Shown: positions 16,394-24,538 of the stretch, one piece after another
Position numbering within the stretch: position 1 is the first letter of the stretch
How the letters are laid out: each line of letters starts with the position of its first letter
Source: a virus
Taxonomy: Duplodnaviria; Caudoviricetes
Virus record (IMG/VR): IMGVR_UViG_3300005573_000188
Location: 1-36,480 of that record
Reading direction: 5' to 3' (one strand)
DNA length: 36,480 bases
Position numbers and translations under genes: made by a program
The notes under the pieces: model-generated
The model's database searches: none
What the model saw: only the letters and a program-made list of their open reading frames with translations
Told to the model about the DNA's origin: nothing

Positions 16394-16675
16394 ATGCGCT
16401 ACTCGCCCCATTGGGACTTGACCACCATCCCCGACGCCCCGCTCTACGCCGAGGCAGCCCGCAGGCGCTCGGCGAAGCGCGGAGAAAAAGTGGGCGGCAG
16501 GCCGACTAAGCCGAAGACGTGCCCTTTCTGCGCCGGGTCTTTTGGCTCTCGGGCGCTGCGGGCACATTTGCCTCTGTGCCTTTCCCGGCCAGCTCGTCGG
16601 GCCAGCACCAAAACGGTGGCACCTCCCCGCAGCCGGAAAGATGCGGGGTCGGCTCGGTCACTTGTCCTGCGATGA
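16394..16675 (+). CDS. Basic protein with a GGRP motif and C2HC zinc finger (putative regulator)
   Basis: GGAGG SD, RRRSAKR..GGRP..CPFC..H...C. Confidence 0.6.
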   Translation: MRYSPHWDLTTIPDAPLYAEAARRRSAKRGEKVGGRPTKPKTCPFCAGSFGSRALRAHLPLCLSRPARRASTKTVAPPRSRKDAGSARSLVLR

Positions 16676-17048
16676 TAAAGCTGATCGCGGGACCACCGGG
16701 CGAGAGATGGACGCTGCTGGTATGCACGTCGCCCACCACGGCCAAGTGCAGGATATCCATCTCCTGGCAGTAGATGACCGTCTCGCCGGATTCGATGCGC
16801 CGGGCAGATTTAGCGATGGCATGCGCGTAAGTCCTAAACAGTCCCTCAAACTCAAAGTACGGAAGCTGTCGGGTGGTCTGGGTGTCGCCGATCTGCTCGG
16901 CCATCGATTCGGTCGAGCAGTAGGGGCATTCGAGGCTGGTGATTGGATCGTCTTGCGGAGCGAGCGCCATGCGCACCGGCCCGCACTTTGGGCATGCGAG
17001 CTGCACCATGATGCAAGGCTGCGGCTCGCGGTTGATTGAGTGTTCCAT
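16506..17048 (-). CDS. Zinc-ribbon hypothetical protein
   Basis: CPKC..CPYC, starts 2 nt after the upstream stop. Confidence 0.65.
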   Translation of the reverse strand: MEHSINREPQPCIMVQLACPKCGPVRMALAPQDDPITSLECPYCSTESMAEQIGDTQTTRQLPYFEFEGLFRTYAHAIAKSARRIESGETVIYCQEMDILHLAVVGDVHTSSVHLSPGGPAISFIIAGQVTEPTPHLSGCGEVPPFWCWPDELAGKGTEANVPAAPESQKTRRRKGTSSA

Positions 17049-17050
17049 CG

Positions 17051-17830
17051 TTAATTCACCGCCAAAGTGCTGTGCTTTTTCCCGGGCTTACCGCCCTTCC
17101 GGCGAGCATCGACTATGCGGGGCTTTTCGCTAAACGGCTCCGGCGCTCCCATTGACTTCCTTACCCGCGCCTCGTACTCAGGGCCAAGCGCATCTTCGAG
17201 CGTGGGATCTACGGGGATGCCGTCAGCTCTGGCCTCATCTCTGGCCCCAAAATCGGCGTCATGCTCGGGACCGAGATTCTCGACGCGCTCGGCCTCCAGG
17301 TCGTCATCGTCCAGCAGCGGAAAGGAATTCGAAACGGCAACCGTCCCGCCAACGGTGGCCGGAAACGCCATGTAAACTTCGTGACCGGCCATTTCTCCGA
17401 TCCACGCCCAGAATTCGCGCGCGAAGGGTCCGTATGCCTTGAAGTGCAGCTCCACTTCGGGTTCCTCCGCTTCGCCGGCGCGCACGATTTTGAATCCCTT
17501 GAGCGATGCGCAGGGTAGCATGGCGCTGGGCGGCGCAAAGAGTTCATCCGTCGGCGCGTCGTTCGAGAACGCGAGCGAAATTTCACTCACCTCTTGCACC
17601 TCCGGGTTGACTTCCGTAAAACTCTGAGAGACGGCCGTGTAGGCGTTTCCGACCCATTCGGGCATACTCACGACGGATTCGCCGGTGAGCGGCATCGACA
17701 CCGGAAATACGATGCGGCCGCTGCTGCATTGCTTGGTGGGGCTTCCGATGGTGACCCGGCGGTTGGCTCCGGGGAAGAACTTTGCTGATTGCATTTTGCC
17801 TCCATGGTTAACTTGCGTTGTAAGGTTCAT
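17051..17830 (-). CDS. Hypothetical protein
   Basis: 259-aa ORF, ATGA-coupled. Alternative start at MQSAKF. Confidence 0.7.
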   Translation of the reverse strand: MNLTTQVNHGGKMQSAKFFPGANRRVTIGSPTKQCSSGRIVFPVSMPLTGESVVSMPEWVGNAYTAVSQSFTEVNPEVQEVSEISLAFSNDAPTDELFAPPSAMLPCASLKGFKIVRAGEAEEPEVELHFKAYGPFAREFWAWIGEMAGHEVYMAFPATVGGTVAVSNSFPLLDDDDLEAERVENLGPEHDADFGARDEARADGIPVDPTLEDALGPEYEARVRKSMGAPEPFSEKPRIVDARRKGGKPGKKHSTLAVN

Positions 17831-18027
17831 AGCAGCTCCATCGTCTCCGTCCGCATCCCCAGAGTTCCCTCCGGGTGCTCGCAGTCCTTATGCCTGGGCC
17901 TGCCGTCCGCGCCGAAGTACCACTTGTCATGACGCCTAATCTGCTTGCGGCAACCGGAGCACATTCGCTTGCCGCGCGCGCTGGGCCAGATTTGGCCGCA
18001 GGTGGGACAGGTGGCGATGAGGGTCAC
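17827..18027 (-). CDS. Small zinc-binding protein
   Basis: CPTC..CSGC..HKDC, GTGA overlap. Confidence 0.55.
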   Translation of the reverse strand: MTLIATCPTCGQIWPSARGKRMCSGCRKQIRRHDKWYFGADGRPRHKDCEHPEGTLGMRTETMELL

Positions 18028-18230
18028 GTGGACACCTCCGCACCCGTCTCGTCCGCCTCTACCCGCACCAGGACGCACCAGTTGCGCTCGATATAGCTCA
18101 CCAGCAGCCGCGATTGTGTCGGCGTGAAGTGAATGTGCGTCGGCCACGACCGTTGCACCAGCGAGATAATCTCTTGCTCCGGCGCGTGAGTCTTTGCGTG
18201 GGCATTTTCGACGAGGGCGAGGAAGGTCAT
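18024..18230 (-). CDS. Hypothetical protein
   Basis: MTFLALVENAHAK.., ATGA overlap with the RusA stop. Confidence 0.5.
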   Translation of the reverse strand: MTFLALVENAHAKTHAPEQEIISLVQRSWPTHIHFTPTQSRLLVSYIERNWCVLVRVEADETGAEVST

Positions 18231-18628
18231 TGGCCCACCCCGAAAATCTGTTCCTGATCGGTGCGGACGATGATGATGGTACGCGGGTCCGCGCGGTCGA
18301 TGCGCCGGTATCCGTGCAGGTCGATCACCTTTTTGTCGTTGTCGATCACGCCTGCGTGAGCGAGGCCGTCGAGGATACACTTGGCGTAGTTGTCCACGTC
18401 GGTGCAGACTGCCGAGCCGGTGAACACGGCGTAGGTGACGGTGTAAGTTTCGGCGCGTAATTTGCGCCCCGCCGCGTGAGCTACGATGGTTGCAAACCAC
18501 TCCTTCGCCTTCGCGGTGTGATACCAGCTTGGGACACTCTTGCCGTTGCGCGTGGGCATCACCCGGAAGTTTTTGTAATGATTATTCGTCGGCGGAACGC
18601 CCGCGATCTCCAGTCTCAACTCAGGCAT
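18227..18628 (-). CDS. rusA: RusA-family Holliday junction resolvase
   Basis: GVPPTNN start, DVDNYAKCILDGL..GVIDNDKKV catalytic Asp motif. Confidence 0.85.
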   Translation of the reverse strand: MPELRLEIAGVPPTNNHYKNFRVMPTRNGKSVPSWYHTAKAKEWFATIVAHAAGRKLRAETYTVTYAVFTGSAVCTDVDNYAKCILDGLAHAGVIDNDKKVIDLHGYRRIDRADPRTIIIVRTDQEQIFGVGQ

Positions 18629-18800
18629 TTTGCACCTCAACTTCCCGCTCAGTCTCCCGCTCCAGCACCCGCGCCAGGCTCAGACGTCCGTGCTCGCTGG
18701 CGCACACCGGGCAGCGCGTGGAGTCGTTGCTGATAACGCAACACTCGACGCATAGGAAGGCTTCCGCGAGGTTCAGGTGGACTATGCTCTCGATGGTCAT
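18621..18800 (-). CDS. Small zinc-ribbon protein
   Basis: LCVECCVISNDSTRCPVCAS, ATGA overlap with the initiator stop. Confidence 0.65.
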   Translation of the reverse strand: MTIESIVHLNLAEAFLCVECCVISNDSTRCPVCASEHGRLSLARVLERETEREVEVQNA

Positions 18801-19861
18801 GCGCTCCTCGACGCTTCCCCGCGATCCTCTCGGACCCGGCGGTAAACCCCGACCCATTCCGTGAGATTTTCGGTGAGGGCGTGGTACTCGATTTTGCGGA
18901 GCCTCGGGAATTCCGCTAGTGCGATTTTCAGAATGCGCTCGGCAAATTCCGCGTCTGACTCTTCGGCACCCTGGCGCTCTCCGCGATCCAGCATCGCCGC
19001 GAGAATTTCCTGCTCGGTCGGGATCGGTACCTGTGGCGTGGTCCCGCACCAGGGATCGGGGCCGCTGGCTGCCTTACGCTTGCCGCTGTCCGCCTTCCAG
19101 CGGCCATCCTCCAGCCAGAACGAGTTCACCGTCTCGCCGCGATCCTGCGCCTCCCGCATCCGGGCGAGCATGCGCTGAGTTGCCTCCGGCATCCCGCAGG
19201 ATTCGATCTTTGCGAGCATCTCAATCGCTTCCCCGGTCTTCGCCTTGAGCGCAAACCCGGCGACGACGTTGGCCTCGCCAAGCACGAATCCTGCGTACTG
19301 AATCGGGATGAGTCCGTCGGGGACTGCGTCTGGGTTGGGGTTGGGTTTTTCAGGGGGAGGGGACGCGCCTCGCGCGTTCCCCTGTTTTACTGTCTCTGTT
19401 ACTGTTACTGTTACTGTGTCGGCGGAGCGTCCTACGAATGGATCGGTCACCGCTGCTTTCGTAGGACGGTGACCGTTACGGTGACCGTCTTTTTCGTAGG
19501 ACGGTGACCGTAGCGGTGACCGTGTCAAATTTGTGCGTTTTGCGGCGTTTTTTCGTGATTCGAAGATTGTTTTTGCTTCTAACCACAGTTCGTACTCGGC
19601 GGAATTGCGAAGCCTACCGTTTTCAACCTTAGAAAATTTTTGAAGGATTCTGGATGAATTCGTTTTCCATTTTGCTCCAAGTCCACTCAAAACGGCCAAC
19701 TCTGAGTCGCTCGAAGGGATGGTGCAATCGTCCGTTTCCCATGCCGCCATCAAAAGGAAGAGGTATCCTTTGAAGGCATTTCCGCTCATCGCCTGGACGG
19801 ACAGGCTGCCCCGGAGTCGGTTGATGTGGAGAGGTATCCACGTTTGCCATTTTGCCGCCAT
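18797..19861 (-). CDS. Replication initiator (DUF1376/YdaU-like winged-helix N-terminus)
   Basis: WIPLHINRLRG..AFKGYLFLLMAAW..LAVLSG N-terminus, with iterons in the linker as in lambda O-like genes. Confidence 0.75.
   Translation of the reverse strand: MAAKWQTWIPLHINRLRGSLSVQAMSGNAFKGYLFLLMAAWETDDCTIPSSDSELAVLSGLGAKWKTNSSRILQKFSKVENGRLRNSAEYELWLEAKTIFESRKNAAKRTNLTRSPLRSPSYEKDGHRNGHRPTKAAVTDPFVGRSADTVTVTVTETVKQGNARGASPPPEKPNPNPDAVPDGLIPIQYAGFVLGEANVVAGFALKAKTGEAIEMLAKIESCGMPEATQRMLARMREAQDRGETVNSFWLEDGRWKADSGKRKAASGPDPWCGTTPQVPIPTEQEILAAMLDRGERQGAEESDAEFAERILKIALAEFPRLRKIEYHALTENLTEWVGVYRRVREDRGEASRSA
19428..19523. repeat. Iterons / probable replication origin
   Basis: Five CGGT(G/C)ACCG copies (19444, 19467, 19479, 19502, 19514), TTCGTAGGACG twice plus one inverted copy, next to an AT-richer tract (about 19525-19680). 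Confidence 0.75.
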
Positions 19862-20215
19862 CTATACAGCCTCCTTGTAGACTTGCACCGCGCGAGAGGG
19901 AGTAACCGGCCCGCGCTTGCGGGCCAGCAGCATCCTTACATCGTCAAACAACATCACATTACTTGTGGAACGATTCACGGTCGTCGCCAAGACCGGCGTG
20001 GAGAGCGGGACCATAGCGACGAACGAAGGGAGCCTCTTCGCGTCGAGTAATATCACCAGGTCGTACACCCTGCGACGCAGAGCGGCCTTAAATGCGTAGG
20101 CGCGGTGCTCGTGCTCCACGATGACATGGAGGGATATCTCAAGCGTGTAGGCCAATATCTCGGCGTCGCGCCCGGGGGCGCTCCAGAGGAGGATTCTCTT
20201 GAGCGGTCTACTCAT
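19862..20215 (-). CDS. Degenerate receiver (REC)-like protein
   Basis: KRILLW..EILAYTLE..YDLVILLD pattern resembles a CheY fold, C-terminal LLARKRGP. Confidence 0.55.
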   Translation of the reverse strand: MSRPLKRILLWSAPGRDAEILAYTLEISLHVIVEHEHRAYAFKAALRRRVYDLVILLDAKRLPSFVAMVPLSTPVLATTVNRSTSNVMLFDDVRMLLARKRGPVTPSRAVQVYKEAV

Positions 20216-20336
20216 GGCGGACCTCCGGAAACTCCCTCCACTCGCGCCCGTCGAGCATCGCTCCTGCGGCTTTCTTGCCGACGCGGATTGGCGACCAACT
20301 AGAGTCGGTCCATTCGATTGATGTGTTATTGCTCAC
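20208..20336 (-). pseudogene. Internally deleted Gp37/Gp68 (DUF5131) remnant, still in frame
   Basis: SNNTSIEWTDSSWSP (family N-terminus) joined directly to VGKKAAGAMLDGREWREFP (family C-terminus). Confidence 0.75.
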
Positions 20337-20515
20337 TTCGCACTCCCGAGCGCCAGTAGCGCATGTACGCCGAACGCAAGAATAGAAACAAAAGCCGCCC
20401 ATAAGGCGCAGCTGAACAGCAACGCGCCTATCCAAACGGCGATGAGCTTGAAGGGGTGCACACGGCTGCAGGTTTCATCCTGCTCAGTGCGCGCGGCTGG
20501 AGTTAAGGTGGTCAT
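20333..20515 (-). CDS. Small membrane protein
   Basis: Long hydrophobic stretch LIAVWIGALLFSCALWAAFVSILAFGVHALLAL. Confidence 0.6.
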   Translation of the reverse strand: MTTLTPAARTEQDETCSRVHPFKLIAVWIGALLFSCALWAAFVSILAFGVHALLALGSAK

Positions 20516-20969
20516 TCTTCCTCGCTTTCAGTCGTAATGCACAGGACTTGGCGACATCAAAGGCCCACGCGCGGTTTTCTGACTTTTCTGACCCATCGTC
20601 TGGGAACTCTTCCAGGTTACTATTGCGGATGCCGACTTTATCCCAATCATCGATGGACTTGTACAAGCACCCCATACGGACGCCCCGAGTGCCATCCTCG
20701 AAGAGATAGGCCACAATGCAATAAGGGTAGTAGAGACCAAGCAGGCACTTGAATTCAGCAACGCGCTTACCTTCCATCGTTGCTTCGCCGTCGTACCATT
20801 CGCCGCCGCGCCATTCGCCGCCGTGCCATTCACTGCCGTACCACGTGCCGCCGTGCCAAGTGCCGCCGAGCCACACCACCTGGCCACACTCATTCAGCAC
20901 CACATCGGCGCTCTTAGTCTTCGCATTGCGCAGCCACTGCGGGCAGTCTTTCAACTCTTCTACCTTCAT
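20484..20969 (-). CDS. Hypothetical protein with W-x-G-G-x pentapeptide repeats
   Basis: WLGGT WHGGT WYGSE WHGGE WRGGE WYDGE, then a VRMGC-containing domain. Confidence 0.75.
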   Translation of the reverse strand: MKVEELKDCPQWLRNAKTKSADVVLNECGQVVWLGGTWHGGTWYGSEWHGGEWRGGEWYDGEATMEGKRVAEFKCLLGLYYPYCIVAYLFEDGTRGVRMGCLYKSIDDWDKVGIRNSNLEEFPDDGSEKSENRAWAFDVAKSCALRLKARKNDHLNSSRAH

Positions 20970-21211
20970 CCCAAAACCTCCACGTTGACAGCGCGATCAT
21001 TTTTGCCTTTTACCCCTGCGGGTACGAGCTGGAAGCGGACGACCTTGCCCGCCGGGGGCATCGTGCGGGTGTACCACCGTTTGATGTTGTGATAGGTGAA
21101 GAAAATATCCCTCCTTTCATCGTCTCCGTCCGCCACGATGAAGCCGTAGCCCTTATCCTGCTTGACCTCCCGAATGAATCCAATGTGATACTCATCCTTC
21201 TGCTTAGGCAA
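20966..21211 (-). CDS. Cold-shock domain (CspA-like) nucleic acid-binding protein
   Basis: RNP1 KGYGFI, RNP2-like DIFFTY, G..V.F..AVNV. GAGGTG SD before TTG. Confidence 0.85.
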   Translation of the reverse strand: MPKQKDEYHIGFIREVKQDKGYGFIVADGDDERRDIFFTYHNIKRWYTRTMPPAGKVVRFQLVPAGVKGKNDRAVNVEVLG

Positions 21212-21340
21212 CTCTCACCTCGATAATTACGGCTGTGGTTGGCGTAGGAGCGGACATCCTTTGGGAGGACATCCTTTGGGATGACCTCCTACGCCCCGTG
21301 AGTATTGAGCCGGGCTTATTCCTCACGCAACCACGTTGAT

Positions 21341-22348
21341 TCAGTTGCGCCCGGTGCGCTTCATCTTCGTTGTCTCGTAGAACTCCACGCCGGAGATCTT
21401 GGCTTTGCCTTTGGTGTTGCGCCCCAGTGTGCGGATGGCTGACTCGTTCACGAGCAGGTACTCGCGCGGGATGGCTGACTCGTTCACGATGCGGAAGTCC
21501 CAGTCTTTACTCTCAAAAAGTCCCTTAACGGCGCTCACGGATGGGGCGATGGGAGCGGGCGCGACGTACTTGACTGGCACGGGAGCCGGATGACTCAGCA
21601 CGGCCTCCGCAGCCGCCGTGTCGCCCATCGCCTGCAACGCCTCAGCATCCTCGATTGCGCGGCGCTCGGATTCCTCACGCGCCTCGCGTTCTGCGCGCTC
21701 CCTTTCCCGCCGCCGAAGTATCTCTTCCTGCTCACGCGCGATTGCTCTTTGCTGCGCAACAAACCTGCTGATTTCCTGATTGACTGCCGTCTCGGCCTCG
21801 GCCAGCGGCCCATCGTGCTTCTTATGCTGCTCGCAGATGGTGCGATGAGCCCGGAACGCGGCTTCCTTCATCGGGCGGAAGGTGTCGTCTACTTCCTTAC
21901 GGAGCGCGGCGATGGCCAGCAGAACGTTACTCGCATGCAACTGCGAAACTGCGTCAGTCACCTTAACGGACCTCGCGTTCTGCACGAGGAGACTTGTCTT
22001 TTGCGCCACCTGCTCAACCTCCTGGCTCTCAAGTTCCGGAACGGAAGGCGCGGGCTGCGCTTCATCTTCGGAGGCTGTGCGCCGTGCGGGCGCTTCGATG
22101 GTGGGAGTAGCCTTGAACTCCGAATCCTGCACGCGGCGGAAGGGGAATTGCTTGTTGTCCTTGATGTGTTTGCGGAAAAACTCGCCCGGCTTTGGGTCGG
22201 CAGCGAACTGCTCGAAGGTCTGTACGTCCACCGTCGGGTACTCGTAGAGTCCGCCGCGACGGAAGAGAACGCGAAGGAGGCTTTGGCCATCATGGCCGAT
22301 CTGAGCGATCTGAGAGGAGCGAGAAGGATCAATGTTGAGCATTTCCAT
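21341..22348 (-). CDS. KTSC domain fused to a coiled-coil (Gp157/Gam-like) protein
   Basis: SSQIAQIGHD..LRVLFRRGGLYEY..GEFFRKHIK fits KTSC. C-terminus WDFRIVNESAIPREYL..ISGVEFYE. Confidence 0.7.
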   Translation of the reverse strand: MEMLNIDPSRSSQIAQIGHDGQSLLRVLFRRGGLYEYPTVDVQTFEQFAADPKPGEFFRKHIKDNKQFPFRRVQDSEFKATPTIEAPARRTASEDEAQPAPSVPELESQEVEQVAQKTSLLVQNARSVKVTDAVSQLHASNVLLAIAALRKEVDDTFRPMKEAAFRAHRTICEQHKKHDGPLAEAETAVNQEISRFVAQQRAIAREQEEILRRRERERAEREAREESERRAIEDAEALQAMGDTAAAEAVLSHPAPVPVKYVAPAPIAPSVSAVKGLFESKDWDFRIVNESAIPREYLLVNESAIRTLGRNTKGKAKISGVEFYETTKMKRTGRN

Positions 22349-22359
22349 GTGAGTGTCCT

Positions 22360-23007
22360 TTAGGCCAGCGAGGCCAGGTTGTACTTCAGCTTGAGAGCGG
22401 CGGTGCGGTACACATCGCCGAAAGAATCGAGGTCGCCATCTTCCTCGTGGAAGAATGGCCGGTACCTGGCGGTGGGCAGAAGCTGCACCGCGACCCTTTG
22501 CCGAATCTGCAGACCGCAGGCGCGCAGGCCCAGCATGTAACCGGCGGTCTGAATCGCCCATGACGGATGCGCAGCGGATGTCGCCTTGCGTTCCACCACG
22601 GTAAGAACGCCGTCCATGATTCCCACGGCGTCCGGCGTCATGCCTACCCGGTGGCCGAACAACTCAACGATCATCGGGCGCTCGACCCATTCGGGGAGAG
22701 CCACGAAGTCCATCTCCCGGCAGAAGCGAGCGTAGGCCTCGACGTAGGGCTCACACGCGGGCGGAATCTCGTACTTGCTGAGATCGTCGCCCTTGTCGAG
22801 AATGGCCGCCGCCTGATGCACCAGACGGCCACGCGCTGCAGCGGCCTCCAGCACTTCAAACGGAACCATGCTGTAGTCAATCAGGCCCGCGATCTTGATG
22901 GCCTGGGTGACCGACATGCGCCTGCTTCCGTCCGCGTCGATGTACGCGTGGCCGTCACGCTCGAAGAAGACCTCATCGCCGATGAGGGCAGAAGGGAAGG
23001 TGACCAT
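22360..23007 (-). CDS. PD-(D/E)xK-family exonuclease
   Basis: SVTQ, RGRLVH, ERP, GMTPD, ERK and QTAGY motifs. Confidence 0.75.
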   Translation of the reverse strand: MVTFPSALIGDEVFFERDGHAYIDADGSRRMSVTQAIKIAGLIDYSMVPFEVLEAAAARGRLVHQAAAILDKGDDLSKYEIPPACEPYVEAYARFCREMDFVALPEWVERPMIVELFGHRVGMTPDAVGIMDGVLTVVERKATSAAHPSWAIQTAGYMLGLRACGLQIRQRVAVQLLPTARYRPFFHEEDGDLDSFGDVYRTAALKLKYNLASLA

Positions 23008-23970
23008 TTACTCCCCCCCTCCCTGCGCCCACGCGATAGCTTCCTCGTAGCGGCTCAGTGGGATATCGTCCTTTTTCTGGACTCCCAGCACATTGCGGAG
23101 ATAGTCGGCGATTTTCTTGTGGTCCTTGTGGTACTGCATGGCGATGGCCCAGAATCGGCTTGCCTGCGGGCCACTGATGAGCTTTACTCCGCTCGCCTGC
23201 GGCGTGACGCGCTGCTGTGCGGGACGTGGCGCTTCCGGCCGCGCTTGCTGGTGCGTGGGCTGCTGGTGATGCTGCGCTGCATCCTCGTGCTGGGGCGAGT
23301 CGGACCTGCGCTGCAAGTCAGCCGGAAGCGGCTCAGCAGGAAACTCCGTCGCATCGGGCGGAAGGTCGAGGCCGGCGGATACCAGCTCATCCACATCCTG
23401 CGCGAAAACATCGCTCGCAGCCGTCGCGGTGAGCACGGCGTCGATTTGCGCGCGCTTCTTTGCCATCTTAAGGACCGTGTTGGCTACGTCCTCCATGTCG
23501 GCCCGAATCTGCGGAACCGAGAACGGCTCCCCGCCACGATAGCCGCGCTTCCACTTGATGCGGCGCCGATCCTCGGGAGTCTCCTCCCACTCCTGCTGAC
23601 AGACCGCCTCGCGCCACTGATACTTTGACTCGGCGCTGCTGGCCTCGCCGACACCGTAACCGACGACGCCCTGTGAGGGCGCGTGGACCACGGTGATGGT
23701 GACGCGATACCGGATGCAGTCCGGCGTGCTCAGGTCTTCTACGGATGGAGACGCCGCCAGGTTGAACATCGCCAGCAGCTTTTCGCTGCCCGGCTTGTAA
23801 AGGGAAGGCTTGCCGGTGCCGGGAATGACGCCGAAGTCGTGATCTCTGCGCATGACCGAAGACATGCACTCAACGATGGCGGCGCGCTGCGCGACCATCT
23901 GCTGTGCGGAGCGGCGCGTCTCGGCGATGGAGAGCGGCGCGGACTGAACGGTGGTTAAAGCTGTGCTCAT
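23008..23970 (-). CDS. Putative single-strand annealing/recombination protein
   Basis: DFGVIPGTGKPSLYKPGSEKL and NTVLKMAKKRAQIDAVL, then a disordered linker and small C-terminal domain. Adjacent to the exonuclease. Confidence 0.55.
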   Translation of the reverse strand: MSTALTTVQSAPLSIAETRRSAQQMVAQRAAIVECMSSVMRRDHDFGVIPGTGKPSLYKPGSEKLLAMFNLAASPSVEDLSTPDCIRYRVTITVVHAPSQGVVGYGVGEASSAESKYQWREAVCQQEWEETPEDRRRIKWKRGYRGGEPFSVPQIRADMEDVANTVLKMAKKRAQIDAVLTATAASDVFAQDVDELVSAGLDLPPDATEFPAEPLPADLQRRSDSPQHEDAAQHHQQPTHQQARPEAPRPAQQRVTPQASGVKLISGPQASRFWAIAMQYHKDHKKIADYLRNVLGVQKKDDIPLSRYEEAIAWAQGGGE

Positions 23971-24374
23971 AATGAACCTCCCGATGTGATGTAAGCCGTC
24001 GCGTCAAGCGCGTCGAAGGCAACGCCGACGCCATAAACCCGCTTTATCGCCGCGCACTCGATGGCAGCGTGGAGATCCGCGAGGTCATAGGACTGGACAT
24101 TGGCGAGGGGGATGATCTCGTAGTGGTGCGGCTGGTAGCCGGGATCATTCCACGGGTAAGCAGGCCAACTTCCATTGACGACCTTGTACTGCGCCTCGTG
24201 CTCGGCCAAGGCAAGCTCCTCGGCTTCTTTGGAGGCGGCCAGCGCCTCGGCGTGTGAACGCCAGAATCCAAGCAGGTCGGCTGACTCGGGCTCGCGATTG
24301 CCGTCTTCCTCGTAAAAGTTGACCCGGCAGAGCGCGCAGCAATCGAAGTGAAACTGAATCTTTTGGGCCATCAC
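23967..24374 (-). CDS. Hypothetical protein
   Basis: 135-aa ORF coupled to both neighbours. Confidence 0.65.
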   Translation of the reverse strand: MMAQKIQFHFDCCALCRVNFYEEDGNREPESADLLGFWRSHAEALAASKEAEELALAEHEAQYKVVNGSWPAYPWNDPGYQPHHYEIIPLANVQSYDLADLHAAIECAAIKRVYGVGVAFDALDATAYITSGGSL

Positions 24375-24538
24375 GCCACCTCCACGTAACGCCGGGAGGC
24401 TTGCCGCATCTTCCGGATGGCGCTTTCCAGGTCGCGCTTGACGGTTCTTTCGGAAACGCCGAGCTGCTGCGCGATGATGCGGATCGGCATCGGCCTGCCC
24501 ATGCCGGGGCGATAGGGTTTGGGTCCGCGCTTATCCAT
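24371..24538 (-). CDS. Small helix-turn-helix protein (55 aa)
   Basis: MDKRGPKPYRPGMGRPMPIRIIAQQLGVSERTVKRDLESAIRKMR.., not in the ORF track. Confidence 0.8.
   Translation of the reverse strand: MDKRGPKPYRPGMGRPMPIRIIAQQLGVSERTVKRDLESAIRKMRQASRRYVEVA

Noticed and set aside
15407-16567. 386-aa minus-strand ORF
   Set aside because: It is antisense to the methyltransferase-like gene and neighbours, which have good SDs and motifs.
20800-20880. 15-bp periodic DNA repeat as a regulatory array
   Set aside because: It is fully explained by the W-x-G-G-x pentapeptide coding repeat.
22360-23007. Cas4 / CRISPR-associated nuclease
   Set aside because: It lacks the four-Cys Fe-S pattern, and its context is a phage recombination module.
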